From an uncultured Eubacteriales bacterium (lineage in GTDB: Bacteria; Bacillota; Clostridia; HGM11514): a stretch of 64,000 bases of DNA. A model generated the notes under the pieces. It was given only the letters and a program-made list of their open reading frames with translations. It did no database searches and had not been told where the DNA came from. The stretch is from contig CABUMF010000006.1 of assembly GCA_902492655.1 (NCBI GenBank), forward strand, positions 314-64,313, read 5' to 3'. The position numbers were made by a program, and so were the translations under genes. Of this stretch, positions 10,064-19,348 are shown piece after piece; positions within the stretch are counted from its first letter, which is position 1; every line of letters starts with the position of its first letter.

Positions 10064-10097
10064 ATCTTTATTTTGTGCTAAAATATCTTTATTTTGT
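10064..10097. promoter_or_regulatory. tandem 13-bp direct repeat ATCTTTATTTTGT x2, 21-bp phasing (candidate AraC-type operator)
   Basis: Identical 13-mers at 10064-10076 and 10085-10097, ending 3 nt upstream of the -35 at 10101. Confidence 0.45.
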
Positions 10098-10100
10098 ATA

Positions 10101-10129
10101 TTGATTATAGCATAATTTTTTGTTAAAAT
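10101..10129 (+). promoter_or_regulatory. sigma-A type promoter of isomerase operon (TTGATT-17 nt-TAAAAT, TGn extended -10)
   Basis: Read directly from the sequence. Confidence 0.45.
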
Positions 10130-10166
10130 CAAGATACAATAATAAAGAAAAACGGTGGACTTTTAT

Positions 10167-11612
10167 ATGATTACACGCAAAAAAGAACGAACAGCAAATA
10201 TTGCATTTTTTTCTGTAATTCACGAAGTGTATTTTGAACAGTTTGAGGGACTTGAAGAATCCTTGAACGGTTATCACGCCGATACAGTGAAATTGGTAGA
10301 AAACAATGGTGTAAAGGTGTTTGATTATGGTATTATCGGTTCCAACAGTGAAGCATTTGCAACAGCAGAGAGAATTAACGGCGATAATATAGATCTTATT
10401 ATATGTAATATGATTACATACGCTACTTCATCGGTTTTTGCGCCAATAGTGCAGAACACAAATTCACCGATTATTCTTACGGCGTTACAGCCGCTTATGC
10501 ATATGGATTACTCAAAAGCCTGCACATTTATGCAGCTTGAGAATGACAATATTTGTTCTGTACCGGAGTTTACGGGTGTTGCAATTCGTTTCGGAAAACC
10601 TGTAAAAGATGTAATAATAGGCTGCTTGTATAATGATAAAGAGGCAGAGAAGCAAATTTCGGAGTGGTGTGAGATTGCAAAGGTGTTGCATGATTTAAAG
10701 GGAGCGAGACTCGGCCTTATGGGCCATGTTCTTGAGGCGATGTATGATATGCACGCAGACCCAACGGCAATATCTGGGGCATTCGGATTGCACATTCCGC
10801 TGATTGAAATTGATGATGTTGTTAAGGAATATCAAAAAGTTACAACGGCGGAAATTGAAGAAAAAAAGGCGTTAATTCTTGAAGAATTTGATACACCTAC
10901 GCCGATAAGCGACCCTGTTACGATGAAGCTTACTGATGCGGACCTCGAAAAGGCGGCAAAGGGAGCGGCGGCACTCGACAGGCTTATTGACACATTCAAG
11001 CTTGACGGTCTTGCGTACTATTATGAAGGTCAAGAGAATACTATACAGCGTGAGGTTGCAACATCGTTCATTGTGGGTAATTCAATACTCAATGCACAGG
11101 GGATACCGATGTGTGGTGAATTTGATATTAAAACATTAGTTGCCATGCTTATTATGGATAGGCTAAACATAGGTGGAAGTTTTGCGGAATTTCATCCGTT
11201 TGATTTCAATGAGGACTTTATTCTTGTCGGACATGACGGTCCGCATCATATCGCAATTGCGGAGGGTAAGCCCATTTTAAGAAGTCTTACAAAGTTTCAT
11301 GGCAAACCGGGAAGCGGTGCATCTGTTGAGTTTAAGTTAAAAGAAGGACCGATTACAATGCTGGGCATCACACAGACGCATGATGGAAGATTTAAATTTG
11401 TAATAGGAGAGGGTTACTCCAAAAAAGGACCTATCCCGCCGACAGGTAACACAAATACAAGAGGATTTTTTGAGCCTACAACAAAGGAATTTATCAAGAA
11501 ATGGGTAATGGAAGGTCCGACACATCATTACGCATTGGGAATAGGTCATTATGCATGTACAATTAAAAAGATTGCTGATGTGCTGGGAATAGAAAGTGTA
11601 ATTGTCAAATAA
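10167..11612 (+). CDS. L-arabinose/L-fucose isomerase-family sugar isomerase (specificity unknown)
   Basis: About 480 aa. Architecture and metal-site-like segments (CGEFD, AEFHPF, VGHDGPHH, GPTHHYAL) line up with AraA Glu/His ligand positions recalled from memory. Overall similarity is distant. Confidence 0.65.
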   Translation: MITRKKERTANIAFFSVIHEVYFEQFEGLEESLNGYHADTVKLVENNGVKVFDYGIIGSNSEAFATAERINGDNIDLIICNMITYATSSVFAPIVQNTNSPIILTALQPLMHMDYSKACTFMQLENDNICSVPEFTGVAIRFGKPVKDVIIGCLYNDKEAEKQISEWCEIAKVLHDLKGARLGLMGHVLEAMYDMHADPTAISGAFGLHIPLIEIDDVVKEYQKVTTAEIEEKKALILEEFDTPTPISDPVTMKLTDADLEKAAKGAAALDRLIDTFKLDGLAYYYEGQENTIQREVATSFIVGNSILNAQGIPMCGEFDIKTLVAMLIMDRLNIGGSFAEFHPFDFNEDFILVGHDGPHHIAIAEGKPILRSLTKFHGKPGSGASVEFKLKEGPITMLGITQTHDGRFKFVIGEGYSKKGPIPPTGNTNTRGFFEPTTKEFIKKWVMEGPTHHYALGIGHYACTIKKIADVLGIESVIVK

Positions 11613-11624
11613 GGAGAATATACC

Positions 11625-13736
11625 ATGTTTAAAAGAATAACGCTTGAAGTTAGTCTTAAACCTTTCAAGAAAACAGATGATAAATATATAGAGGCGGTAA
11701 TACGGAAAATGTTTGCGCAGTGGATGCCGTTACTTAAAGAGCGTGAAGAAATCTCGGTTATGATGTGGACATCGGACGGAAGTGAAATATTGGAGTATAA
11801 CGGAGATGACGATGCTGCATTTGAATGGTGCAGCTATGTCGGAACCGCAAATAAACCGTTCTTGTCAGAGAAAGAAAATCCGGCAACATCACTTCACGAG
11901 CGAAAGCAAAAATATATAGAAAATCCTCCTGTTATGACATACGGAGTATTAAAAAATATAGTCGGCAAAATTAAAGAAATTGGCAAGGAGTTTTATCCAA
12001 ATTCAAAGATAACGGTAGGTGAAACATTTGATATAGGTCCAGAATTTGCTGTGTCAGACTTTAAGTATAACCGTCATAAGGAAATCACATCGGGGCAGAA
12101 GCTTGATACTTTCGGATTTGTTGATGCAACGGCGCTATTAAATGGTGATAATCGCCGATATGCTGCATATCCCGAAGGCATTCCCGACAAAACTCCGTTC
12201 GCAACATTTTTGGGTAAGCAAGCGAATATCTTTCTGCGAGATATGGGGTTTGACTACATTTGGCTTTCTAACGGTTTCGGGTTCAGTGATTGTCCTTGGA
12301 GCTTTGAGGGCAAAGTGTTTGACGGTAATGAATTCAAGCCCGAGAGACTGTACGGAGTAAAGAACAAGATTAAAGAATTTTGGACTTTGTTCAGGAAAGA
12401 GTGTCCCGATATTCTCATTGCGACAAGGGGTACAAATAATTCCGTAGGTATTGATTATGCAACCGATGGTGTCCCGTTGTACGATATTTATAACGGAGGA
12501 CTTAATATTGTACCTCCGCCAAATTCGCCGTGGGCTGCATTAAACGATAACTTTGGACTTGAGATTATGGGGCATATGACAAGAATCTGTGAATTGCCCG
12601 AGGATGAATTTTTGTTCCGATATTACATACATGACCCGTGGTGGGTAAATTCTCCGTGGTATGACCGTTACGGCGGTGAGCCTCATGATATATATTTACC
12701 GATGGCTGTTTCAAGAATAGATGCCGCCGGTAATGTATGTTCAGCTGAATTGTTAAACATTTTATCGGTTGACAACTCATTTGGAGATATGCCCGATGCT
12801 TGTGTAAATGAACCCTTGCCGCATATATTAAAGGCTGAAAAGGATGCGGCAGATAAGCCGTCGCCGCTGGTATGGGTTTATCCAATGCGTGAATTTACAA
12901 CAACAACCGATGCTGGTACGCTTTCGGAAATGTATTATGGAGATAGATATATAATGGATGCAATAAATGACGGATTTCCTCTGAATTGTGTTGTATCTGC
13001 CGATAACTTCTTAAAACACGACTTGAATATATACAAAGCAAGCATATTAGTATCGCCCATACCTCAAACGGCAGAAATTGCGAATAAATTATCGGAGTTT
13101 GAGCAGACAGGCGGTAAAGTTATATATTACGGAAGTGAAGAAAAACTGTCCGAATTTCCGGATGCCCCAAATAAGGCAGCTGTTACATCATCGCCGTCAA
13201 AAATCAGGGAAATGCTTGAACTTTTCGGATACAGCATTAAATTCAATAAAATATCGAATGATGCAAAATCACCTTGTATTACTGTGTCATCAAGCGATAA
13301 TTCCATGTTGTTTTCAGTGTATAACCCAAACTTAACGACGGAAACGGCATTAAAATTCCCATGGGGAGCACCGATTTTGACAGGAACAGACTGTGAAATA
13401 AAAGACGGATATTCTATGTATAGATTTGGAAGAAGCGAACACAAGGAGTGCAGGGTGTTTGTTGAGCAGGAAAAAGGAATAATATCGTTAAAGGAAATTG
13501 CTCCTGTAAGTGTGGTATATCATAGAATACTGCGTATTACAGGTCTGAATGACGCAACGGTTTGCATATTCCCGGAAAAGCGAGGGAATGAAACATTGAA
13601 GGTTTCAAGTGTACTTAAAGGTGATTTAACGCCGGTATATTATGATCGGTTTGAACAAATTTTGGATCCTGCGTACGGTATATACTATAGGGGTGAGCAT
13701 ATTTGTGGGGATTACACAATTTTGTTGCCACGGTAA
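11625..13736 (+). CDS. large uncharacterised protein, possibly a glycoside-hydrolase-like enzyme
   Basis: 703-aa ORF with AAGGAG RBS, 12 nt after the isomerase gene. No signal peptide and no family recognisable by eye. Confidence 0.5.
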   Translation: MFKRITLEVSLKPFKKTDDKYIEAVIRKMFAQWMPLLKEREEISVMMWTSDGSEILEYNGDDDAAFEWCSYVGTANKPFLSEKENPATSLHERKQKYIENPPVMTYGVLKNIVGKIKEIGKEFYPNSKITVGETFDIGPEFAVSDFKYNRHKEITSGQKLDTFGFVDATALLNGDNRRYAAYPEGIPDKTPFATFLGKQANIFLRDMGFDYIWLSNGFGFSDCPWSFEGKVFDGNEFKPERLYGVKNKIKEFWTLFRKECPDILIATRGTNNSVGIDYATDGVPLYDIYNGGLNIVPPPNSPWAALNDNFGLEIMGHMTRICELPEDEFLFRYYIHDPWWVNSPWYDRYGGEPHDIYLPMAVSRIDAAGNVCSAELLNILSVDNSFGDMPDACVNEPLPHILKAEKDAADKPSPLVWVYPMREFTTTTDAGTLSEMYYGDRYIMDAINDGFPLNCVVSADNFLKHDLNIYKASILVSPIPQTAEIANKLSEFEQTGGKVIYYGSEEKLSEFPDAPNKAAVTSSPSKIREMLELFGYSIKFNKISNDAKSPCITVSSSDNSMLFSVYNPNLTTETALKFPWGAPILTGTDCEIKDGYSMYRFGRSEHKECRVFVEQEKGIISLKEIAPVSVVYHRILRITGLNDATVCIFPEKRGNETLKVSSVLKGDLTPVYYDRFEQILDPAYGIYYRGEHICGDYTILLPR

Positions 13737-13803
13737 ATTGAAGTGTCAGCTTTAGTATGGATAAAGAATAAAAGGCGTAATTTTACATTTAATAAAAATT
13801 TCC

Positions 13804-13832
13804 TTGAAAATTGTTGCCGGATGTGATATAAT
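13804..13832 (+). promoter_or_regulatory. sigma-A type promoter (TTGAAA-17 nt-TATAAT, extended -10) for ZIP transporter gene
   Basis: Read directly from the sequence. Confidence 0.45.
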
Positions 13833-13882
13833 TCTATTAAAATCAAAAACAAAAATTGCTGTAATAACAGGGAGTGGTAAAA

Positions 13883-14635
13883 ATGGAGCTTGTATGGATA
13901 ACAGCTCTTGGTGTGGGTTCCGCTACGGTAATCGGCGCCGTTATTGGATTTGGATTTAAAAATATATCACATAAATTTTCCGATATTGTGTTATCATTCG
14001 CCGCCGGAGTTATGCTTGCCGCAGCCGTTCTCGGACTTATACTGCCATCGCTTGAATATGGCGGAAAATACGGAATTGTCATGACAGTAGCCGGTATTTT
14101 TACAGGTGCGATTTCCCTGAATCTGATTGACAGATTGGTTCCGCATCTGCATAAATTTACAGGTGCCGACAGCGAAAACCATAATAACACAAATCTTAAC
14201 AAGGTGCTGTTGTTTGTTATGGCGATTGCTATACACAATCTGCCCGAAGGTATTGCCGCAGGTGTAGGTTTCGGTTCGGGAGATACAATACAGGCATTGA
14301 TAATCGCCGGCGGTATTGCTCTGCAGAATATTCCTGAAGGTATGGTAATTATTGCGCCTATGCTCGCAGTAGGCATACCTCCTCGTAAGACATTTCTTAT
14401 TGCTGTGATAACCGGATTTATCGAGGTTGTCGGAACATTTATCGGATATTTTGCTGTCAGCATATCTACTGCAATTTTGCCCTTCGCGCTTGCTTTCGCA
14501 GGCGGTACAATGCTCTATGTAATCAGCGACGAGATGATTCCCGAAACGCACGCTCACGGAAGTGAGAGAGGTGCTACATATGCTTTGCTTATAGGCTTTT
14601 GCATTATGTTGATTACAGATGTACTTTTTGGTTGA
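13883..14635 (+). CDS. zupT: ZIP-family divalent metal (zinc) transporter
   Basis: HNLPEGIAAG and LQNIPEGM signature helices; multi-TM. ATG at 13883 follows GGGAGTGG. Confidence 0.8.
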   Translation: MELVWITALGVGSATVIGAVIGFGFKNISHKFSDIVLSFAAGVMLAAAVLGLILPSLEYGGKYGIVMTVAGIFTGAISLNLIDRLVPHLHKFTGADSENHNNTNLNKVLLFVMAIAIHNLPEGIAAGVGFGSGDTIQALIIAGGIALQNIPEGMVIIAPMLAVGIPPRKTFLIAVITGFIEVVGTFIGYFAVSISTAILPFALAFAGGTMLYVISDEMIPETHAHGSERGATYALLIGFCIMLITDVLFG

Positions 14636-14694
14636 TTTTGCGGAAAAATTAATTCTATGGTGTTTACCTTTTTAAGAACAAATCACAAATAGTA

Positions 14695-14725
14695 GGGGCA
14701 AAATCTCCGAAACGCATTTTGCCCC
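14695..14725. terminator. strong hairpin between convergent genes (probable terminator)
   Basis: GGGGCAAAAT-11 nt-ATTTTGCCCC. Flanking U-tracts are weak on both strands. Confidence 0.5.
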
Positions 14726-14750
14726 TTAAAAAACTCGGATTTATTATCAT

Positions 14751-15401
14751 TCATATCTTTTTTAATATGCGATTATATAGCTTTATAATCAGTCCTACGG
14801 CAAAGGCGGCAATAATGCTTCCTTCTCTTACTCCTTTAAGTTCGCCAAGAAAGGCAAGACAGATAATTGCCGAAACGCCAATATACAAAACATCGAACAA
14901 AATCTTGATATTTTCATATTTTTTTCCTGTGGCCTCGCTTATCGCGCGGTTCATTGCTTCACCCGGAAGCATTGCGACCTTACCTTTTAATTGAAGCCAT
15001 ATTCCGAAAGCAAGAACAAAACAACTTACTGCCAAATACGATAACTGTTCAAGGTAACTGTTAACGGGAATATCGCGTATCAGCCAACAGGAGAGGTTTG
15101 TAAGATAGCCGTACACAAACGCCAGTACGGTTTGGATAAGGATTTCAACAGGTTTGCATTTCTTTCCGAGCAGTATAACCTGAACCGCTATCTGAATTAC
15201 GCTCAGCACATTCAGCCATCCACCGAATGAAAACAGACTGCTCACCAATGATACCGAATAGGGAAGTGAAGCAACAGGCGAAGTGCCCAAACCTGCTTTT
15301 GTCGAGAACGCAACGCCCATTGAGGCTATGAATAATCCGATCAGAAACAAAATGTACTGTCTTAAAATAATCTTTATTGTTTTACCGTTCATGTAATTCA
15401 T
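14751..15401 (-). CDS. YczE/YitT-like integral membrane protein
   Basis: 216 aa, about 6 TM. N-terminal LIGLFIASMGVAFSTKAGLGTSPVASLPY is typical of this family. Confidence 0.55.
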   Translation of the reverse strand: MNYMNGKTIKIILRQYILFLIGLFIASMGVAFSTKAGLGTSPVASLPYSVSLVSSLFSFGGWLNVLSVIQIAVQVILLGKKCKPVEILIQTVLAFVYGYLTNLSCWLIRDIPVNSYLEQLSYLAVSCFVLAFGIWLQLKGKVAMLPGEAMNRAISEATGKKYENIKILFDVLYIGVSAIICLAFLGELKGVREGSIIAAFAVGLIIKLYNRILKKI

Positions 15402-15430
15402 CCCTGTTAAATATTTAATATATTACAATA

Positions 15431-15459
15431 ATTATACTACAATTTTTTCACTTTTTCAA
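15431..15459 (-). promoter_or_regulatory. sigma-A type promoter (TTGAAA-17 nt-TATAAT on minus strand)
   Basis: Read from the reverse complement, upstream of the 14751..15401 gene. Confidence 0.45.
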
Positions 15460-15540
15460 TGGCTTTTTCAGTATAAAAATAAGTATTTTGCCGCTATAAC
15501 GAATAGCTGAGGTCAAAAGTAAATGTCTGCGGTTGTAAAT

Positions 15541-15586
15541 AATAAAAGTCGGCTTTTCCCTTATAAGACTTGGAAAAAAGCCGACT
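15541..15586 (-). terminator. rho-independent terminator of ppk1-pfk operon
   Basis: Minus strand: AGTCGGCTTTT-loop-AAAAGCCGACT followed by TTTATT. Confidence 0.65.
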
Positions 15587-15611
15587 ATGCACCTTGTATT
15601 TTTCTTTTATA

Positions 15612-16682
15612 CTAATCACCGAACGAAATGCCTATTGCCTTAGCCTCCTTAATCACCGAGGCTTCAGCATTGACTGTTTTTAATTTGCCCGCAACCTCAC
15701 TTAAGGGAACGCTCTTTATTTCACCGTTAACCATTGCAACCATATTTCCGTATTTGCCTTTTATAATTAAGTCTGCTGCTGCGGCACCGAACCTTGTTGA
15801 TATTACTCTGTCGTAAGGGCAGGGGGCGCCGCCTCGCTGAGTGTGCCCCGGAACGGCTATGCGGATTTCCTTACCGGTTTTTTCTTTGATTTTATCTGCA
15901 ATTTCATAGGCAACCGAAGGATATTTCGATGTCTTGATTTTTTGCTTGTATTCTTTTTTGGACATAGCCGCATCTTCTTTGGATATTGCACCTTCTGCCA
16001 CTGCAAGAATTGTAAATCTTTTTCCTGCCTTATCTCTTTTTTTGATTGATTCAACCACCTTATCCAAATCATAAGGTATCTCCGGTATAAGAATAATATC
16101 CGCACCTCCGGCAATTCCGGCGTGCAATGTCAAATGCCCTACTTTGTGTCCCATAACTTCAACAATAAATACTCTTCCGTGGGATGCGGCAGTTGTGTGA
16201 ATACAGTCAATGGCATTGGTTGCAATATCAACGGCACTCTGAAATCCGAAAGTAATATCCGTACCCCAAATATCATTATCTATAGTCTTTGGAAGTGTCA
16301 CAATATTTAACCCTTCGCTGCTCAGCAGGTTTGCGGTTTTATGGCTACCGTTACCTCCTAAAACAACCAAACAATCCAGATTAAGATTTTCATAGTTCAT
16401 TTTCATGGCTTTGACCTTGTCCAGACCGTTTTCGTCGGGCACATTCATTTTTTTAAATGGTTGTCTGGATGTACCCAAAACAGTTCCGCCCTGTGTCAGA
16501 ATACCGGAAAACTCCGAGAGGTCGACCGCATGATAATTATTGTATATCAATCCCTTATAACCGTCCTCAAACCCTATAATTTCAATGTCGTTGCTGTTTT
16601 CATACAGAGCTTTTACTACCCCTCGCATTGCTGCGTTCAACGCCTGACAATCTCCGCCGCTTGTTAATAATCCTATTTTCAT
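15612..16682 (-). CDS. pfkA: 6-phosphofructokinase (atypical donor-site motifs; phosphoryl donor uncertain)
   Basis: MKIGLLTSGGDCQALNAA, PKTIDND, VPGHTQRGG. Has GGNGS where canonical enzymes have GGDGS, and MGH where they have MGR. Confidence 0.85.
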   Translation of the reverse strand: MKIGLLTSGGDCQALNAAMRGVVKALYENSNDIEIIGFEDGYKGLIYNNYHAVDLSEFSGILTQGGTVLGTSRQPFKKMNVPDENGLDKVKAMKMNYENLNLDCLVVLGGNGSHKTANLLSSEGLNIVTLPKTIDNDIWGTDITFGFQSAVDIATNAIDCIHTTAASHGRVFIVEVMGHKVGHLTLHAGIAGGADIILIPEIPYDLDKVVESIKKRDKAGKRFTILAVAEGAISKEDAAMSKKEYKQKIKTSKYPSVAYEIADKIKEKTGKEIRIAVPGHTQRGGAPCPYDRVISTRFGAAAADLIIKGKYGNMVAMVNGEIKSVPLSEVAGKLKTVNAEASVIKEAKAIGISFGD

Positions 16683-16700
16683 TTTTATCTACCTCTCTTT

Positions 16701-18755
16701 TTATCCGTTTATTTCAGCATCGTATGCTTCCTGATAGAATACTTCCTGTGAATTTATTTTTTCTCCATTCGTTACAATATCAGAATAAGTGCCGTCCGGT
16801 AACATTTTTTTGCCTTTTACATTATCGCTTAAAGCAATATCGAATATATGACGGATTCGGTTTCGTACATTCTCATCATAAATGGGTGCGGCAACTTCAA
16901 CTCGTCTTATTGTATTTCTTGTCATAAAATCTGCGGAGGATATGTATATTTTTTCCTCCTTACCTGTTCCAAAACGATATATACGAGAATGCTCTAAAAA
17001 TCTGCCCACTATACTTATGACATTGATATTGTCCGTTACGCCTTTAATCCCCGGTTTAAGGCAGCAAATCCCCCTTACAATCAAATCAATATGAACCCCC
17101 GCCTTCGATGCCTCTATAAGCTTGTCTATAATATCCTTATCGGTGAGGGAATTGATCTTGATTCCGATATATGCGCTCTGCCTATTTGATGATTTGACTA
17201 TTTCGTTGTCTATCATTTCTATAATCTTGTTTTGCATCATTTTAGGAGCAACAAGCAAATGATTTGTCTCTTCTATCGTTTCACCGAGCATCAATGCATT
17301 GAACACCTTCGCAATTTCCGCACCGAGCTCCTGATTTGCTGTAAGCAATGAAAGGTCAGTGTATTGTTTTGATGTTTTTTCGTTGTAGTTGCCCGTGCCT
17401 ATCTGTGCAATATAGGAGAATCCTTCGTCTGTACTCTTTGTTATAAGACACAGCTTGGAATGAACCTTATATTTTCCTAAACCGTATATAATCCGACATC
17501 CTGCATCCTCTAACATTCTTGAAACTTCTATGTTGTTTTCTTCGTCAAACCTCGCGCGGAGCTCAACCATTACAAGAACTTCTTTCCCGTTTTCGGCGGC
17601 CTCGATCAAAGTTTCAATAATTTTACTCCGTTCCGCCACACGATATAAAGTCAGCTTGATGGATACCACACTTTCGTCCTCTGCAGCCTCATGAAGCATT
17701 GCAAGGAAGGGCTTTATGCTTTCAAATGGATACGAAAGTAATACATCCTTTTTCTCAACCTGGCTTATTATGCTTTCTTTAAGATTAAGTTTAGGGGTTG
17801 TTCTCGGAGTGCGCTTTTTAAAAAATAAATCTGTTTTTTCTCTTAAATAGTTTTGCAGTAAAAATCCGAAAGACAAATCCAACGGTGTGCCTGATTTTAT
17901 AATGTGCTTTTCCGATACACCGATATACTTTGCTATTTCGGATTTCATCTTATCATTTATATCACGGGTAATCTCAATTCTCACGGGATTTAATCTTGTC
18001 CGCTTTTTTATAAGCTTACCCATTATATCTCTGTAGTCAAGATTGTCATCACTGAAATTCTCGGTATCAATATCAGCATTTCGGGTTACTCTTATAACTG
18101 TTTTTTCGCTTACTGTATGCCTTGAGAATAATTTGTACACAAAATGCAAAATAAGCTCCTCGCACAGCATAAAGGTACCGGGACGGGTCGGAATTTCAAT
18201 AAGTCTTTTAAATACGCTGTTCTCGCAAGCCACAACTCCTGTTTTGTTTTTGCCTTTAGCAGTTTTCAGTAGCACTATGGCATAGAGAGTTTTATTATTA
18301 AAGAACGGGAAGGGCTGTTGCTTGCTTATAATCATAGGAGAGAGGAAGGGTGCTATATGGTGATTGAAATATTTTTCCAAACCTTCACCTTCATCCTTGG
18401 AAAGCTTATTAAAGTTAATAAGCCTTATTCCTTGCGGCTCAAGCTCGCCCATAAGCTGCTCATATATGCGGGCTTTTTTTACTTCCAATTCCTTGGTTCT
18501 TTTTAAAATTGCATTTATTTGCTGTCTGGGGGTCATACCCGTTTTGTTTTCTTTTTCGTCTTTATTAATTTTTTCCCTGTCTGTAAGAGAACCTACTCTG
18601 ACCATATAAAATTCATCTAAATTAGACTGATAAATAGCAGTAAATGATAGTCTTTCCGCAAGAGGCACATCCGGGTTTCCGGCTTCGTCCAAAACACGCT
18701 CATTAAACTTGAGCCATGACAGCTCTCTGTTTACATAATATGTTTCGTTCTTCAT
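16701..18755 (-). CDS. ppk1: polyphosphate kinase 1
   Basis: YVNRELSWLKFNERVLDEA N-terminus and two PLD-like HKD regions (KVHSKLCLI, FLEHSRIY). Start at MKNETYY follows AAGGTGA; the 27 extra N-terminal codons in the track lack an RBS. Confidence 0.9.
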   Translation of the reverse strand: MKNETYYVNRELSWLKFNERVLDEAGNPDVPLAERLSFTAIYQSNLDEFYMVRVGSLTDREKINKDEKENKTGMTPRQQINAILKRTKELEVKKARIYEQLMGELEPQGIRLINFNKLSKDEGEGLEKYFNHHIAPFLSPMIISKQQPFPFFNNKTLYAIVLLKTAKGKNKTGVVACENSVFKRLIEIPTRPGTFMLCEELILHFVYKLFSRHTVSEKTVIRVTRNADIDTENFSDDNLDYRDIMGKLIKKRTRLNPVRIEITRDINDKMKSEIAKYIGVSEKHIIKSGTPLDLSFGFLLQNYLREKTDLFFKKRTPRTTPKLNLKESIISQVEKKDVLLSYPFESIKPFLAMLHEAAEDESVVSIKLTLYRVAERSKIIETLIEAAENGKEVLVMVELRARFDEENNIEVSRMLEDAGCRIIYGLGKYKVHSKLCLITKSTDEGFSYIAQIGTGNYNEKTSKQYTDLSLLTANQELGAEIAKVFNALMLGETIEETNHLLVAPKMMQNKIIEMIDNEIVKSSNRQSAYIGIKINSLTDKDIIDKLIEASKAGVHIDLIVRGICCLKPGIKGVTDNINVISIVGRFLEHSRIYRFGTGKEEKIYISSADFMTRNTIRRVEVAAPIYDENVRNRIRHIFDIALSDNVKGKKMLPDGTYSDIVTNGEKINSQEVFYQEAYDAEING

Positions 18756-18895
18756 TTCAACATCACCTTTCTTTTTTATTCCGGTTTTTGTCGTTTGTTT
18801 TTCTTTCAATATGTATCTTAACCATTGCATTATCATAATTAACCTCTCGGTATTATTAAAAGTATATAAATTATGAAATAAATACCTCTTATACT

Positions 18896-19261
18896 ATGCT
18901 TGCCAATATTTCATCAGGATATGCCTGTATTCTTTTTAATATGGAAGGTCAATGCCTACATTATTAATTATACTTTGTATGATGCGGGAACAACTATGAA
19001 CGATGTAAATCCGGATTATGTCATAGTGGGGGGAAGGGAAAGCCATTCTCTCGATACTCTGCAGAAGCAGTAATTGTAGGTGACAGAATGGATACGGATG
19101 TTATTTCCGGAATGGAGTGCGGAATGGCTACGGTACTTGTTTTATCCGGCGTTTCCTACCAAAAAACCATTTCTGATTTTTCTTATCGTCCAACTATGGT
19201 TCTGAACGGGGTTGGCGATATTGTAGAATTTGCAAAGAACCAAAAAACAAAAAAAATCTGA
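18896..19261 (+). pseudogene. decayed remnant of a HAD-IIA (NagD-like) phosphatase gene
   Basis: Three out-of-frame pieces. Motif-I-like YACILFNMEG followed by a stop at 18965. NDVNPDYVIVG in a second frame. GKGKP...AEAVIVGDRMDTDVISGMECGMATVLVLSGV to the stop at 19259-19261 in a third. Total about 370 nt, against about 780 nt for an intact gene. Confidence 0.55.
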
Positions 19262-19282
19262 GAGGAAAAGCTTCCTCTCAGA
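19242..19282 (-). terminator. rho-independent terminator of the minus-strand GH-like/permease operon
   Basis: TCTGAGAGGAA-4 nt-TTCCTCTCAGA perfect 11-bp stem. On the minus strand it is followed by T8GT6. Confidence 0.7.
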
Positions 19283-19348
19283 ATTAAACCATGAAATAAT
19301 CCAAAGTCGCATTTTTAGCGGCTTTTATTTACGGAAAAAAACAACTTA

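Noticed and set aside
13843-14557. Two long antisense ORFs (206 and 187 aa) overlapping the ZIP transporter gene.
   Set aside because: The sense frame carries the ZIP signature helices. The antisense translations are Pro/Ile/Ala-rich or Cys/Asn-rich with no start context. Similar shadow ORFs opposite nnr (5899..6249), minD (23365..23751) and the BCCP linker (45858..46052) were dismissed for the same reason.
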